DNA of 64,000 nt from Balanoglossus misakiensis (lineage: Eukaryota > Animalia > Hemichordata): contig CM082595.2 in the NCBI GenBank assembly GCA_040954595.2, forward strand, positions 1,862,635-1,926,634. Direction: 5' to 3'. The notes beneath the pieces were generated by a model. That model made no database searches, was not told the origin of the DNA, and was given only the letters and a program-made list of their open reading frames with translations. Both the position numbers and the translations under genes were made by a program. The first letter of the stretch is position 1, and every line of letters starts with the position of its first letter. This document shows positions 1 to 11,676 of the stretch, one piece after another.

Positions 1-2860
1 TGTGATTGGTTGAATCAATTTTGTGTTTGTTATTGGTTAAGAGTTTTCGAACTATAAACTGATCAGGTAACATCTGTGACATCAACTTTCCCCACACAAT
101 ATATGGCTGTAACCTGGTCTCACTGATTTCTTACCTTGGTTGTGTGAACACTCCCTGTAAGACCAAGGCTGCATGACTAGCACACTGCCGTCTGATTTCA
201 GCAAATACCAAACTCAACGGAGGTTGACTGCATCGCTATTAACAAAACAATATGCAATATCAATTGATCCGTTCACCAGTTCTGTCTCAATACAAGACTT
301 CTTTGTATGTGTATGTCAACTCAAATTTTCGAAGTCCATGGGACAAAATTTCCTTACCTTTGGAGCATTTCTTTCCTCCATACTGACTCTATCAAAGCAT
401 TCCATTAAATAATTCAGCATTTCAGTTTCCCTGCAAGGTTCGATGTTAAATAACTCCTTGCCAGACTCTGCCACTTGGGGCGCTGTCCTTGGCAATGTAA
501 AGCTGTACCTGCAATCAAATTGATAAAATAATTCAATAAACTCTCAAACGGAAATGTTTTCATAGCAAGAGAGGTGTGAAATGCCAGGACTTTTCCAGAG
601 TGCATGAACACAGTCCAAGACTTTACATTTGCATATGAATCATGTGATCTGCAGTACTTTGATAAATTCTGGGATGATAACAACAAAGTTTTAAAGTTTA
701 CCCTTGAGGTCTTGTAGCATAGTTTTTGCTTGGTAACGTTGACAATCTCGGATGAACACTGGCTGTGAGACTCGGCAGTTTATTTTTACTGGAACAGTGG
801 TGGGTTAAAACTTCCATCATAACCTGATTGATAAGGTCTTTTAAATCTAAATAAACTGGATGAAGAGAAAAAAAAATATGCACTTTATATGTCAAACGTA
901 TTCATTCAGGAACAGATATTGATATCATAAAAAACTGGTTTCATGAGATACATGTATTGGCTTTTTTAATTTCAGTGACTCGGGCGAAGCCAGAATAGTT
1001 GTTGGGAAGAAAATTATACTGTCAAGCTAGTGGTTTTAATTTGGGAGAATAATACATGAATATCTCCCTCACCGGAGTTTAATCAAGAAGACAATGCATA
1101 TGTACCTTGCTGTGGATCAGTCTTGAACTCCACAGCTAACTGATGCAAAAATATGACATCACGACCCTTTTCTGTCCAGGAAACACGAAATACTCGACAA
1201 ATCGCAGCAAGAAGTTGCTCATCTGTCACATCACTGCTCATGCTCCCCTCCTGAAATATTCAACATTTAAACATTAATCTGTTACTTGAACATCTACTGG
1301 TACATCATATACCATCCCCTTCATAGTATGAATTCCTCTTACCTTTTGACTCATCATTTTTTTCTCTTTTCTGTCGGTATCTTCCATTTCTTGAGTTTCA
1401 ATTCCAGAGTCAACATCCATCTGAGACAGGGTGCTATTGATAACAAGAACCACAGATACAAGACTTACGTTTGTTGGTTTTTATATGAAGTAAAACACAA
1501 TCCATCAATATCATTAATTTCATGGTTATTTCTCCATTTTGTTTCACATGAAACATGATGACCATCCTACTACTACTAGTACCCATTACTAACATTCAAC
1601 TCACATTAAAATTTAACAAGGCAAGTTTGCTTGGAAACAATGCCAAGACTGTAATTGTTGCTAGATATTTTCTAAACACTGTCTAACCTTTTCTCAGGGT
1701 TATCAGTCTCCATCTCCATGGACTGTGAGAAACTGCTTGTATCCATGGATTGGTCTTGTGAACAACGCAATGATGCCAATGAATCGGATGCATCTCCTGT
1801 CATGTCAAGAGTTCGTTTAGCTTGAGTGACATTTTGAGAAGTGTTCCCAGCTGGTGTTTTCGATGATGGCTTGTCACTCGTTGATGGTTGGGGTGACGGT
1901 AGTGACTGAGAACTTGGACTTGATTGTGCGGTGGTTGTTTCCTGTACTGGTGGTGTGGATGACTGTGAACCACTCTCGCTGCTGCTACTGGCAACGCCAC
2001 CAAGACGAGCTAAACGTCGCCGTCGAATCTTCAAGATAAATACATGACAACTGTGACTATCATTTCCAATGGCCATTCAAATATCACGGTATCACAAAGG
2101 GAATTTGGTGATGGAGGGAGCATGGACTAGCTTACTAGTCACTTGATGTTTTTTGTACTTATTAATTTTGGGAAGAGGGGGGGGGGGGCGACTGTCCCCT
2201 TTTCTAAAATATTTGGAAGGCTCTACTCTGGCAAGGGGGGTGTACAGTAATATTGCCAACATGCAAGTGGCAGCATTTTAATGGAGTGATGGGTACCCCT
2301 GGACAAAATGCTATGTCCACGAAGGGGGGGGGGGTATGAACTATGACCCAGCTGCGAATGCTATGCCACATAGCCCACTGTGAACTCAAATGAGGAACTT
2401 TGCTGGGGTCAGAACAGGACGATGCGATGCCATCAAGAAGCTGGTCGTCCTTGCATTTAATCGATTGTAGACCAAGTGAGGCGTTGTAATGTTGAGGGTT
2501 GTATTCAAGGCCAATAAACAGGAGATATACAACGAATACACTTGTTCATTTCACAAATTATTTGTATAACCAAATCAAGAGAGACGTCGAGTATTTTACT
2601 GAGTTTAAGATATTTTCAAATCGCAGCATTGTCCGTTTTATTGCGATGAATTACCAAAGTCCATATATCACCACAACCCAACTGGTCAGTGGTATAAGGA
2701 GGGCTTAGCCACTTTATATTTATACCGGATGTACAATCTTGGAATGGACGAATCAAACAATGACTTCGCAACAATAACAAGAAATGCACCGTTTGATTTC
2801 TGTCGAGTTAGAAGCTAAAAAGGGCCGCACACTTACCTCGTCTGGAGTAAGTTCATTCAT
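1..2860 (-). CDS. UBE4B: Ubiquitin conjugation factor E4 B (UFD2), 5' exons only; gene continues off the left edge
   Basis: Spliced exons: 2837-2860 (MNELTPDE|gtaag), 1688-2028 ([11 protein letters not shown]...), ~1343-1433 ([18 protein letters not shown]), ~1106-1250 ([28 protein letters not shown]), ~702-856 ([17 protein letters not shown]), plus further exons near 356-507 and 136-225. These match the human UBE4B N-terminus ([20 protein letters not shown]...QVDVDSGIENME...VCKIFRVSWKDRDRDVIFL...DFKDLIGQILMEVL). Confidence 0.93.
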
Positions 2861-3779
2861 CTTTCTTTTCTTAGGAGTAGAAATTTTGTAAGCTTTTAGA
2901 GGGACAAGCACCACAACTAATTTTTCTGACCACCGGCAGTCTAGTTTTACATGGACGCCATTTTGTTTCGAACTTCCTGTAACAAGCTAACGTAGGTGGC
3001 GCTCTATGCTGTGAAACGTACACAGTCGGATCCATAATATAAACTTTTATATCCGCAATTTTAACAAAAAATCTTCATAATTTACGTGACTTTGCGTCTC
3101 AAAAAAGACAAAGGGATACACCCCATCATATGCAGCAAGTGCAGAGAAAAAATGGGTGTAAACAAATGCCTGTTTCGCATAGAAAATTATGTCTCTGCAC
3201 CACAGAAGAAAGTAAAAGCCTCATAGGTTGCATATAGTCGTTCAGTTTTTATCTTTAAAATGATGACAAAATAACATTTTTTATAATTCATTTTTAATAA
3301 GATCAAATCTATAACATTTAACAAATACATGTACATTATACTGGAAAATATGAGAGGACACAAGTAAAAGAACAACTACACACTATAAAGAAAAGATAAA
3401 TAAAATTCAATTCATAGAAAATAGATATTAGATCTAATAAAATAATTCTGTCAGGCACATACCAAAGCACATGTCTGTTAAACAATTTTCTATTAAATCT
3501 GATTTAAGTTGCTTTCAACTCAGATGTAAATTTGTTGAAGAAAAATTTCTCCTATTGCATAATATTCAAAAGTGTTACATTAGTAACAAGTACCGTATGT
3601 TCAAAACAAGGTTATTGGGAAGCATGATATGTTAATTTCACTTGCATAATTATGTTATAAAATCACCACTGCCTAAATTAATGGTTGCTTTGATGACAGA
3701 GCGCAAAAATGGACTTGTACGCCAGATACTAAACTGTTAATATTCCATGGCAACAGTACAGCAATATGAAGATTGTCAT

Positions 3780-6700
3780 TTAGTTTGGCAGATGAGAAGC
3801 ACAGTATTCTCCATCCTTCATGGCTGATCGTCGACACGGCAGACCAGATTTGGTAATACCTTGACACGGTCTCCTTGGAGTTCCAGTAGAATTCACGCTG
3901 TTAGATCAAAAGTGAAAACGAGGTTATTCAAGTGTTTCTGAAACTTTTCCGCGGTTGCATGAAACATTCCCAGACTTTACCGAACTGCATCTCACCTCAT
4001 ATTTGTTACAACACTGGATGGTGTTGAACTCCGCTCCCTCGTCTCCATGGAAACATCATCCATCAACTGACCAAGTTGTCTTTTTACCATATCAGGTGTT
4101 TTAGATGGGGTTCCACTGAAAGCATCATATGAGGGCATGGGTGTTGGGTCGGTCGTCATGGGTGTTGCTAGGAAACTGTTGCTGGGTGTCGCTGGAGACA
4201 TTGCTGTCGAGGAGAGGATAACACTACCTCTACGCAATCTTGAAGAAATGGAATCTTGCAAGGTGGAATTCAAAGCAGACAAGTTAAGCAGATTGTTGAT
4301 AGTTGTATTGTTGCCACGGATACTACTAGATGAAATGTGAGTGGAATCCATGTTTTCATCCATGAGGTCTTCTGAAAATGATAACATTAAGCAAGTGGTC
4401 ACCATGGTAATAACCTTCACCTGATGTCAATGATACAAATTTTAATAATGGACAATTATTTTACAGCTATAATGCATGCAATGTACCCTTTTGTTAAAAG
4501 TGTGATAATTAACAAGACATACAGGAGTGCCTTCATCTCACCTAAAACTCAACAAAAACGCTATGAGCCAAATAAGGTGAAATGGATGAGTTATGGTTAA
4601 ATACAAAGTAAACACAGGTGAGTTCACATGTACAGAAACTGAACCGTCGATGCTGGTGGTGGCGGCCATATTGAATTTGGCATTGTGGGTAATCTCACCT
4701 TCGTCTTGTTGACTCTCTCCATCCAGTAAGACTAGAAAAAAAATGACATTACAATAATGATTGCATAGGTTAGTAATGAGATGACTGGATGATAGAGTCA
4801 CTGACTCTCTATGTCATTGATGGTAAAAAATAAAAGGGGTCTTTAAAACAAAACAGTAATGTTAAAAATTCTAGTAAAGTTCACTCAACTCTCAAAAGAT
4901 GAAGTGACCACCATTTTTTCCTGTCAAACTCTGCAGTGTTATATTTGAATTTGCAATCTGAAGTTATGAATTTATAAATCAATGGTACTTGTTTTCACAA
5001 ACCTTCCATATAATGTTGAATTTCCTTAGATACAGTTTCCTTGACAACTGATGATACTCTGTCGTCACTGCAAAATGAATACAAACACCACCTTACTCAA
5101 CAAATAAAGAATAGTTCCATTTTCTTTTATCAAAATATTTTCCACTATTTTTGAAATACGATTAGGTATTGTTCATTACAAAACTCACTTTGATTCAGTC
5201 AATGGTTTCCATGGCGACATGAATCCACAAGAGCATGGTGATTTTGGCTCTGGAAGTCTTTTGTGTATAGTTCTAGATTCTTTTCGTTTAATCAGTGAAT
5301 ACAAGAAAAGGTAGACCCAATTACCTGTAAAAGAAAAAAAAAACATTTTAATTGTAACCAAAATTGTTCTTTGAAACATATCAAAATATGGCTTCTAATA
5401 AACAGCAGAATTGGAAATAAAGAAATATTTTGAAAATCTCACTAAAACAAAAAGTACACTTACAAAATGCAACCGTGGCAACAAAACCAGACAGCGTCAT
5501 GAAATCCAGGCTTTTTTGATGTTTGATCTCGGAGACGGCATTCAGCGGAACGAGAATCAATAGAATAATTCTGGAGAAGACTGGAGTTTGCAGGAATGTG
5601 ACCAGGATACATGTTACGATGAAATACAGCAGATGAGTCGCAATGACCATCAGGACACTAACGCTATCTCCTGTCAGGGAATGGAGACAAACAGAGATGT
5701 GATATATGGATAACTGGATAACATACTCCTCTCTGATAAAATTCATGTGAACGTTTCAATAGTGAACATTTACAGCAGTTTGAACTATTTAAACAAACAT
5801 CTGACAGCAATAGAAGAAAAAGTATCTTAATGTTGTTCAGAACATCATCACACATCACATACCCGTTCCTCCAATCACTGCAGTAATCCAACCAAGTTTT
5901 CTGTCAATCCCAGACTGCATTGAATCCAGAAACATTAAGATATGATTGGCAGTATCGTTCATCTTCTTCAAATTGTCCATTGTATGTTGATAGTACACAG
6001 CAGTTTCCGTTTGATAACTCATGACATCTTTACTGCTGTCGTCTGCCAGGATGAAATCAGAAACGGGCGTTGTCATGGAAATTCACACACAAGATCACAA
6101 ATGATAGTACTGTACACACTCCAGTATTTTATTCAGTCATCTTTGCAACAACAATTGGCTTCAGCTTGATGTGATTAGCTGGGCAGATATCCACAGCACC
6201 TGTTAGAAATGAGACCATGGGCATATCAATATAACCTACAACTTACCAATCTTTTGCCAAATCTCCGCAGCCTTATCTCTGATATGATATAAGTCCTCCA
6301 TTAACTGTTCATGATTTGTCTTTGAATCCAAGCCTTGTATCATTAACTGTGTACTTGTATTCTCTGGCAAGAAGACAAGACAAGCTTATGTGTCAAATCA
6401 ATCTAGTTACAGGAAAGCATTAAAATATGGTATCTAAAGCAATAACAATCAACTTGTATGTACCAGTACCTAACAGTGCCCTAAGATATTCAGTTTTCTC
6501 TGCATATTCCTTTTGGCCAGCAGCAACCAATGCTTTCTCCTCTTGCAAGACTTTCAGATTATCAACAATCGTATTCTGAAGCTGATTCTGAGAAGCAATA
6601 GAAAATGGACTGGTTACATACATACAGGCTATGTTGACAAACAAAACTACTGAAACTAAAGCCAATAGTTACAGCTAATGTCCCTTTAAACCTAGAGGCT

Positions 6701-7785
6701 GAAACTACAACTGACATCCAGTTGTAAAACAACTTACCTGCTTAGATTTAAGCTTGTCCTGTTTCCATAGCAACTCTGCTTGTCCATTTGCCATACTTTT
6801 GATGACATTGTCTGTAGACTGTTGTAAATCCTCATGGCTATCCTGCAACCAAAAAAGCAAATTGCCTTAGACAATTTGAGCTTCAAATCATTCCATTTCT
6901 TTATAATGGCATCAACAGAAGGGATATTACTTTACCTGTAATAATTTGACATGGTACAATTGTTGTTCTGCTGTCATTGCTAACTGGTTTACAGCATTCT
7001 GTGTTCTGTATTGAAACTGTTGTTGTCTTGTTGAGTAACAAACAGCTCTGACACGGTTACTGATGATGTGGTATGCATTCCAGGTGTTGGAATCCATTTG
7101 TGATGTACAGTCAGCAATGCTCTGAAAACAAACAAAAAATCTTTAGAAGTTAACATTATATATGTGGAGTGGTTTACACGTACAAAAATCAGGACATGTC
7201 AGAAAGTGTGAATACAATGTACAAACAATAGGAGTATACAACTCTGAAGAACTTTACAAATTATTTACCATATCTTCTGTACAGGTGTAAGTTGGTCTTC
7301 CTTCAACTTGGGATTGACAGTTCAACAATGCCACACCAAGTTTGGAAACTTCTTCCTCTGTTGCATCATTGCATGACGACTTTACTTGAGATATGACCTG
7401 TACAGTAGAAGACAATTAAACAAAAGATTTAGCAGAGCAAAGTTTGTGGTCACTGGAATAGTTTGGTCCAAATCATTTGCTTCTTCGTGTACAGGTCAAG
7501 GTACATGGCCAGTCTCAAGACTACCATTTAACAACTTCTTTTTTTCTTTCTCTAAATACCTACCTTATGGTGACATAAATCCAACTCTGACAATTCCAGC
7601 AAGTACTGTTGAGCACTAGCGACGAATTTTTCATCCACCGTCTTCATTTCAAAAGGAACACGGCCATTTTGCGCAGGCATATCATGCTTCTTTTCTGTCG
7701 AGGATTTCTCGCCGGATGACCACCACAAGAAACCCCTTGCCGACATGAAACACAAATAAAATGCAATAACTTGAAATTTCAACAT
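3780..7785 (-). CDS. bmb: Brambleberry (GEX1/KAR5-family nuclear-envelope fusion protein), multi-exon
   Basis: The signal peptide MLKFQVIAFYLCFMSARG is followed by VPFEMKTVDEKF...LSELDLCHHKV, SSCNDATEEEVSKLGVALLNCQSQVEGRPTYTCTEDM and SIADCTSQMDSNTWNAYHIISNRVRAVCY, the Cys-rich domain of the brambleberry/GEX1 family. Coiled-coil exons, TM segments (~5460-5670) and a Ser/Thr-rich tail follow. The last exon reads CQGITKSGLPCRRSAMKDGEYCASHLPN* (stop 3780-3782). Some internal exon boundaries are approximate. Confidence 0.9.
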
Positions 7786-8077
7786 CTTGCCAATGTTCTC
7801 TGACTATTTTGTTGCGGAAAGCGCGAGTAGAATGTGCTTGCTTCAGAAATCTTTCGTGCAACTGACGGACTTTAAACTGGTCGTGTCAGTTTCATAACAC
7901 ATGTGATCATTTATGAATTTCGCGCAATTATCATCTATCTTCTTATTGGCTCACGAACGACTAATGTGATTTCGTGAAAGCTGATTGGTGTATGGTGCGT
8001 GCATATTTAATTTGAGGTCAAAGGTTGTACACAACTTCCGGAATCGCCATCCCCATTGGTTTCTATTGCACGTCGAG
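7786..8077. promoter_or_regulatory. Divergent (bidirectional) promoter between brambleberry and class I fumarase
   Basis: CpG-containing stretch with CCAAT boxes (attggc ~7945, attggt ~7985 and ~8055) and an ETS-like acttccggaa (~8034). The fumarase non-coding first exon ends at a GTGAGT donor at ~8078, and the bmb ATG is at 7783-7785 on the minus strand. Confidence 0.6.
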
Positions 8078-8497
8078 GTGAGTCGGTTGTAAACTTCGTA
8101 ATTTGACATCAAACATTGATTTTTGTGACCCGGATCTGCCACAGATGACTGCATATTCAGACTGATTGTCTAAATGTGAGCGAAAAAGTTGTGATCTATG
8201 ACGATCAAGTGCAAAATACTTTGCAGACCTTCGTGACCTCCGATATGACCTTAGCGTCGTCTACACGTCTTCTGCTACATGTAAACATTAGGTTGACATT
8301 TGCAATCCTAAATCTAAAAGACTGCCATCGATTGCCAATAATGAAGCCAGTTTCATGAAACACTTGTTCCTAGTCCCCCTCAAGCTCGTGATGATTCACC
8401 TGGCCAGTGTCCTTGTCTGGAACCTACAGTTATTGCTACATCATGATCATGTAAGTTTCTTTCAATGTAATAAACTTTGTTTCCATGACATTTTCAG

Positions 8498-10174
8498 ATG
8501 TTTGCAAGGCACGGATCAGTGTGTGCTCGCCAAGGCTGGTTGCTATGGCAACATCAAGCTGGTAAAATCTTAAGCCGACATAAAGCCACAGCAGCAGTCA
8601 AACCATTTCACTATCAAGAATTGTTTGAAACAGAAAGACCACAGGACACACCATACAGGAAATTAACAGGTAAGATTCATAATCTAAGAAAAAATAAGCA
8701 TTAATATTTTAAGGTGTTTTTGAACTTTGTGGTCTACATTGGTGATCATGTTATGAATGTTAACATCAGTTGTCATTTTGCATTTATGTTTAGGTGACTA
8801 TGTATCAACACTGGATGTTGGTGGAAGAAAGATTTTAAAGATAGAACCTGAAGCTTTGACTCTGTTGGCCTCACAAGCAATGGTAGACATTGCACATTTA
8901 CTTCGACCTGCACATTTGAAGGTTAGTGGGCATTGCTAGCTATGATTGTCACAATATTCAATCAGCTTCTAGTTTCTAGTTACCTTTCTTCAATATTTAA
9001 TCTTCAGTTTTGATTCTCTTTATCAGCAATTGCGTAAAATACTGGATGACTCAGAAGCCTCTCCGAATGATAAATTTGTTGCCTTGGAATTATTGAAGAA
9101 TGCCAACATAGCATCTGGGATGATATTACCTGGATGTCAGGATACTGGTACAGCTATCATCATGGGTGAGTTACGGTATATCTAATAGTCAACCTTGAAA
9201 CAGGAATAGTGCCAGCACTATAATTCAGCTCAGCATTCCACTCTATATTGTTTTACTTTATATTAGCCATTCATTTTCATTTTCAGGAAAACGTGGTCAG
9301 AATGTTTGGACAGATGGCAAAGATGAGGAACATTTATCACGCGGTGTTTACAATACATACACAACAACAAATCTCAGATACTCACAGGTAATCAACCAAA
9401 TGCACATCCAATGTCAGTCATGTAAGGTTAATGATAGAATCTGACGTGAGAGTAAACTATCACTTTGCCCTTACATGAACAAGGCGTATTGTCTGTGATT
9501 TTAGGACTATTCGTCTGTAACCATTTACAGGTGGCCCCACTGGACATGTTCAAAGAAGCCAACACTGGAACCAACTTACCAGCACAGATCGACATCTTCG
9601 CCACCAACAGCACTCAATATGATTTCCAATTCATGGCCAAGGGAGGAGGATCTGCAAACAAAACATTCTTGTATCAGCAAACTAAGGCTTTGTTAACGCC
9701 TGAAAAGCTACTCCAGTTTGTCAATGAGAAAATCAAAGTAAGACAGTCTGTGCTTCATACAACATTGATCAGTTAATATCCAATAATCCATACATATTTT
9801 AATCCTTCAAAGATTATTCGTATAGGCACAGTTACCAGCGACTTAAAATATATGGCGTTCACACATGGACCATTTAGACATTTCTGAAACTTCTCAGGTC
9901 AAATACTGGCATGAATTATTATGTGTGAACAGTTTAATGGGTCCTAGAACGTTTCAGATTAGAGACACATTTTTATAAAAGATTGAGAGGTTTTCATATG
10001 AGGTACAAATATTATCTTTACAGACCTTAGGTACAGCAGCCTGTCCACCATATCACTTGGCAGTCGTCATCGGTGGCTTGTCAGCTGAAATGAATTTGAA
10101 AACAGTCAAATTGGCATCTACCAAATATCTGGACAATCTACATCCTACAGGTGAGTTGTATTTTGTATTTGGAA

Positions 10175-10208
<34 letters not shown>

Positions 10209-11676
10209 CACACACACACACAATACACATTGCACAATAAAGTTATGAACTCAGTGGCATAAATTTCATGGTTGTCTGATAAACATTGTTGATTTCATTC
10301 TTACAGGAAATGAGTTTGGGAGAGCATTCCGGGATCATGAAATGGAGGAAAAGATCCATGCCTTGAGCAGAATGTCTAAAATTGGAGCCCAGTTTGGCGG
10401 GAAATATTTCTGTCATGATGTGAGAGTCATCAGAATACCCAGACACGGTGCATCTTGTCCAGTTGGTATTGGTGTGTCATGCTCAGCTGACAGACAGGTA
10501 CATCATACTAGTTCAAACCAGAATCTATTAGTTCAGACAGTTACGCAGTTCAGAGGGTTTCAAAAATGAACGTTATTGTACATTTTGTCCTCAGGCTGTG
10601 GGTAAGATAACAGAAGATGGTGTATTTCTAGAACAGTTAGAACGTAACCCAGCCCAGTACTTGCCAGAAATTACTCCAAGTGAACTTAAAGGTGAAGTTG
10701 TCAAGGTATGTTTTACTTCATCAATGTAACTGTCTGCTTGATGACCCCATATTGTTTGGTGACCTGATCTAGCATGGCCAATTACTGCAACGATGATTAA
10801 CTTGCTGTCATTCATTCATTCTCCGTTCCTGCCATTTCTCAGAAATGCTTGAAATTACTGGATTATAAATGTGTTTACATTTCAGGTCAATTTGAATCAA
10901 CCAATGAATGAAGTCCTTGCATTGCTGTCCAAGTATCCAATCAAAACACGTCTTAGTTTGACAGGAACTCTTGTGGTTGCTAGGGATATTGCACACGCCA
11001 AGTTATTGGAGCGAGTCGAAAGTGGCCAAGGATTGCCACAATACATCAAAGACCACCCAGTCTACTACGCTGGTCCGGCAAAGACACCAAAGGTTTGTAA
11101 AATAAAGTTTCATCTCGGCTGTGATGTCACAGATACTGCCTATCAAACATTGAAGTGATTTGACCATTTCTGTCTTACCAGGGCTATGCTTCAGGATCAT
11201 TTGGACCAACAACAGCTGGCAGGATGGATTCCTATGTTGACAAATTCCAATCTGAAGGAGGGTCTATGGTTATGTTGGCCAAGGGAAATAGAAGCAAACA
11301 GGTATGAGAGTTTGTTTGGGGGAGTGTGAAGGGTTGTGCCTGGGAACCTCATCACTAGCCACTAAGACATTTACACAACTTTAGACGTGAGCTGTTGTTT
11401 GCTCCTTGGTGACTTGTAGCGACCAATTCATGGTAAATTCATATTTCATTTTTGTAGGTCACCACTGCATGTAAGTCTCATGGTGGTTTCTACCTTGGAT
11501 CTATCGGTGGTCCGGCTGCGATCCTGGCAAAGAACTGCATCAAGAAAGTGGAAGTCCTGGAATATCCGGAATTAGGAATGGAAGCCATCTGGAAAGTGGA
11601 AGTGGAAGACTTCCCAGCATTCATTGTGGTTGACGACAAAGGAAATGATTTCTTCAAAGAATGGCAGACAGAATAA
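8498..11676 (+). CDS. Class I (Fe-S, FumA/FumB-type) fumarate hydratase, probably mitochondrial, 573 aa, 11 coding exons
   Basis: Exons 8498-8669, 8794-8921, 9027-9165, 9287-9387, 9531-9737, 10024-10150, 10307-10497, 10595-10705, 10886-11092, 11182-11301 and 11458-11676 join in frame (1722 nt, all GT-AG). Motifs: [88 protein letters not shown]. Confidence 0.96.

Noticed and set aside
2947-2965. ATG GCG TCC ATG TAA upstream of UBE4B as a coding start or functional uORF
   Set aside because: CAAAATGGCG is better explained as a YY1-type promoter motif, also seen at AURKAIP1 and LRRC23. The true start is MNELTPDE at 2860.
8498-11676. Bacterial contamination or very recent horizontal transfer as the origin of the class I fumarase
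   Set aside because: It has ten canonical spliceosomal introns, host-like composition, a eukaryotic targeting leader and a shared promoter with brambleberry.
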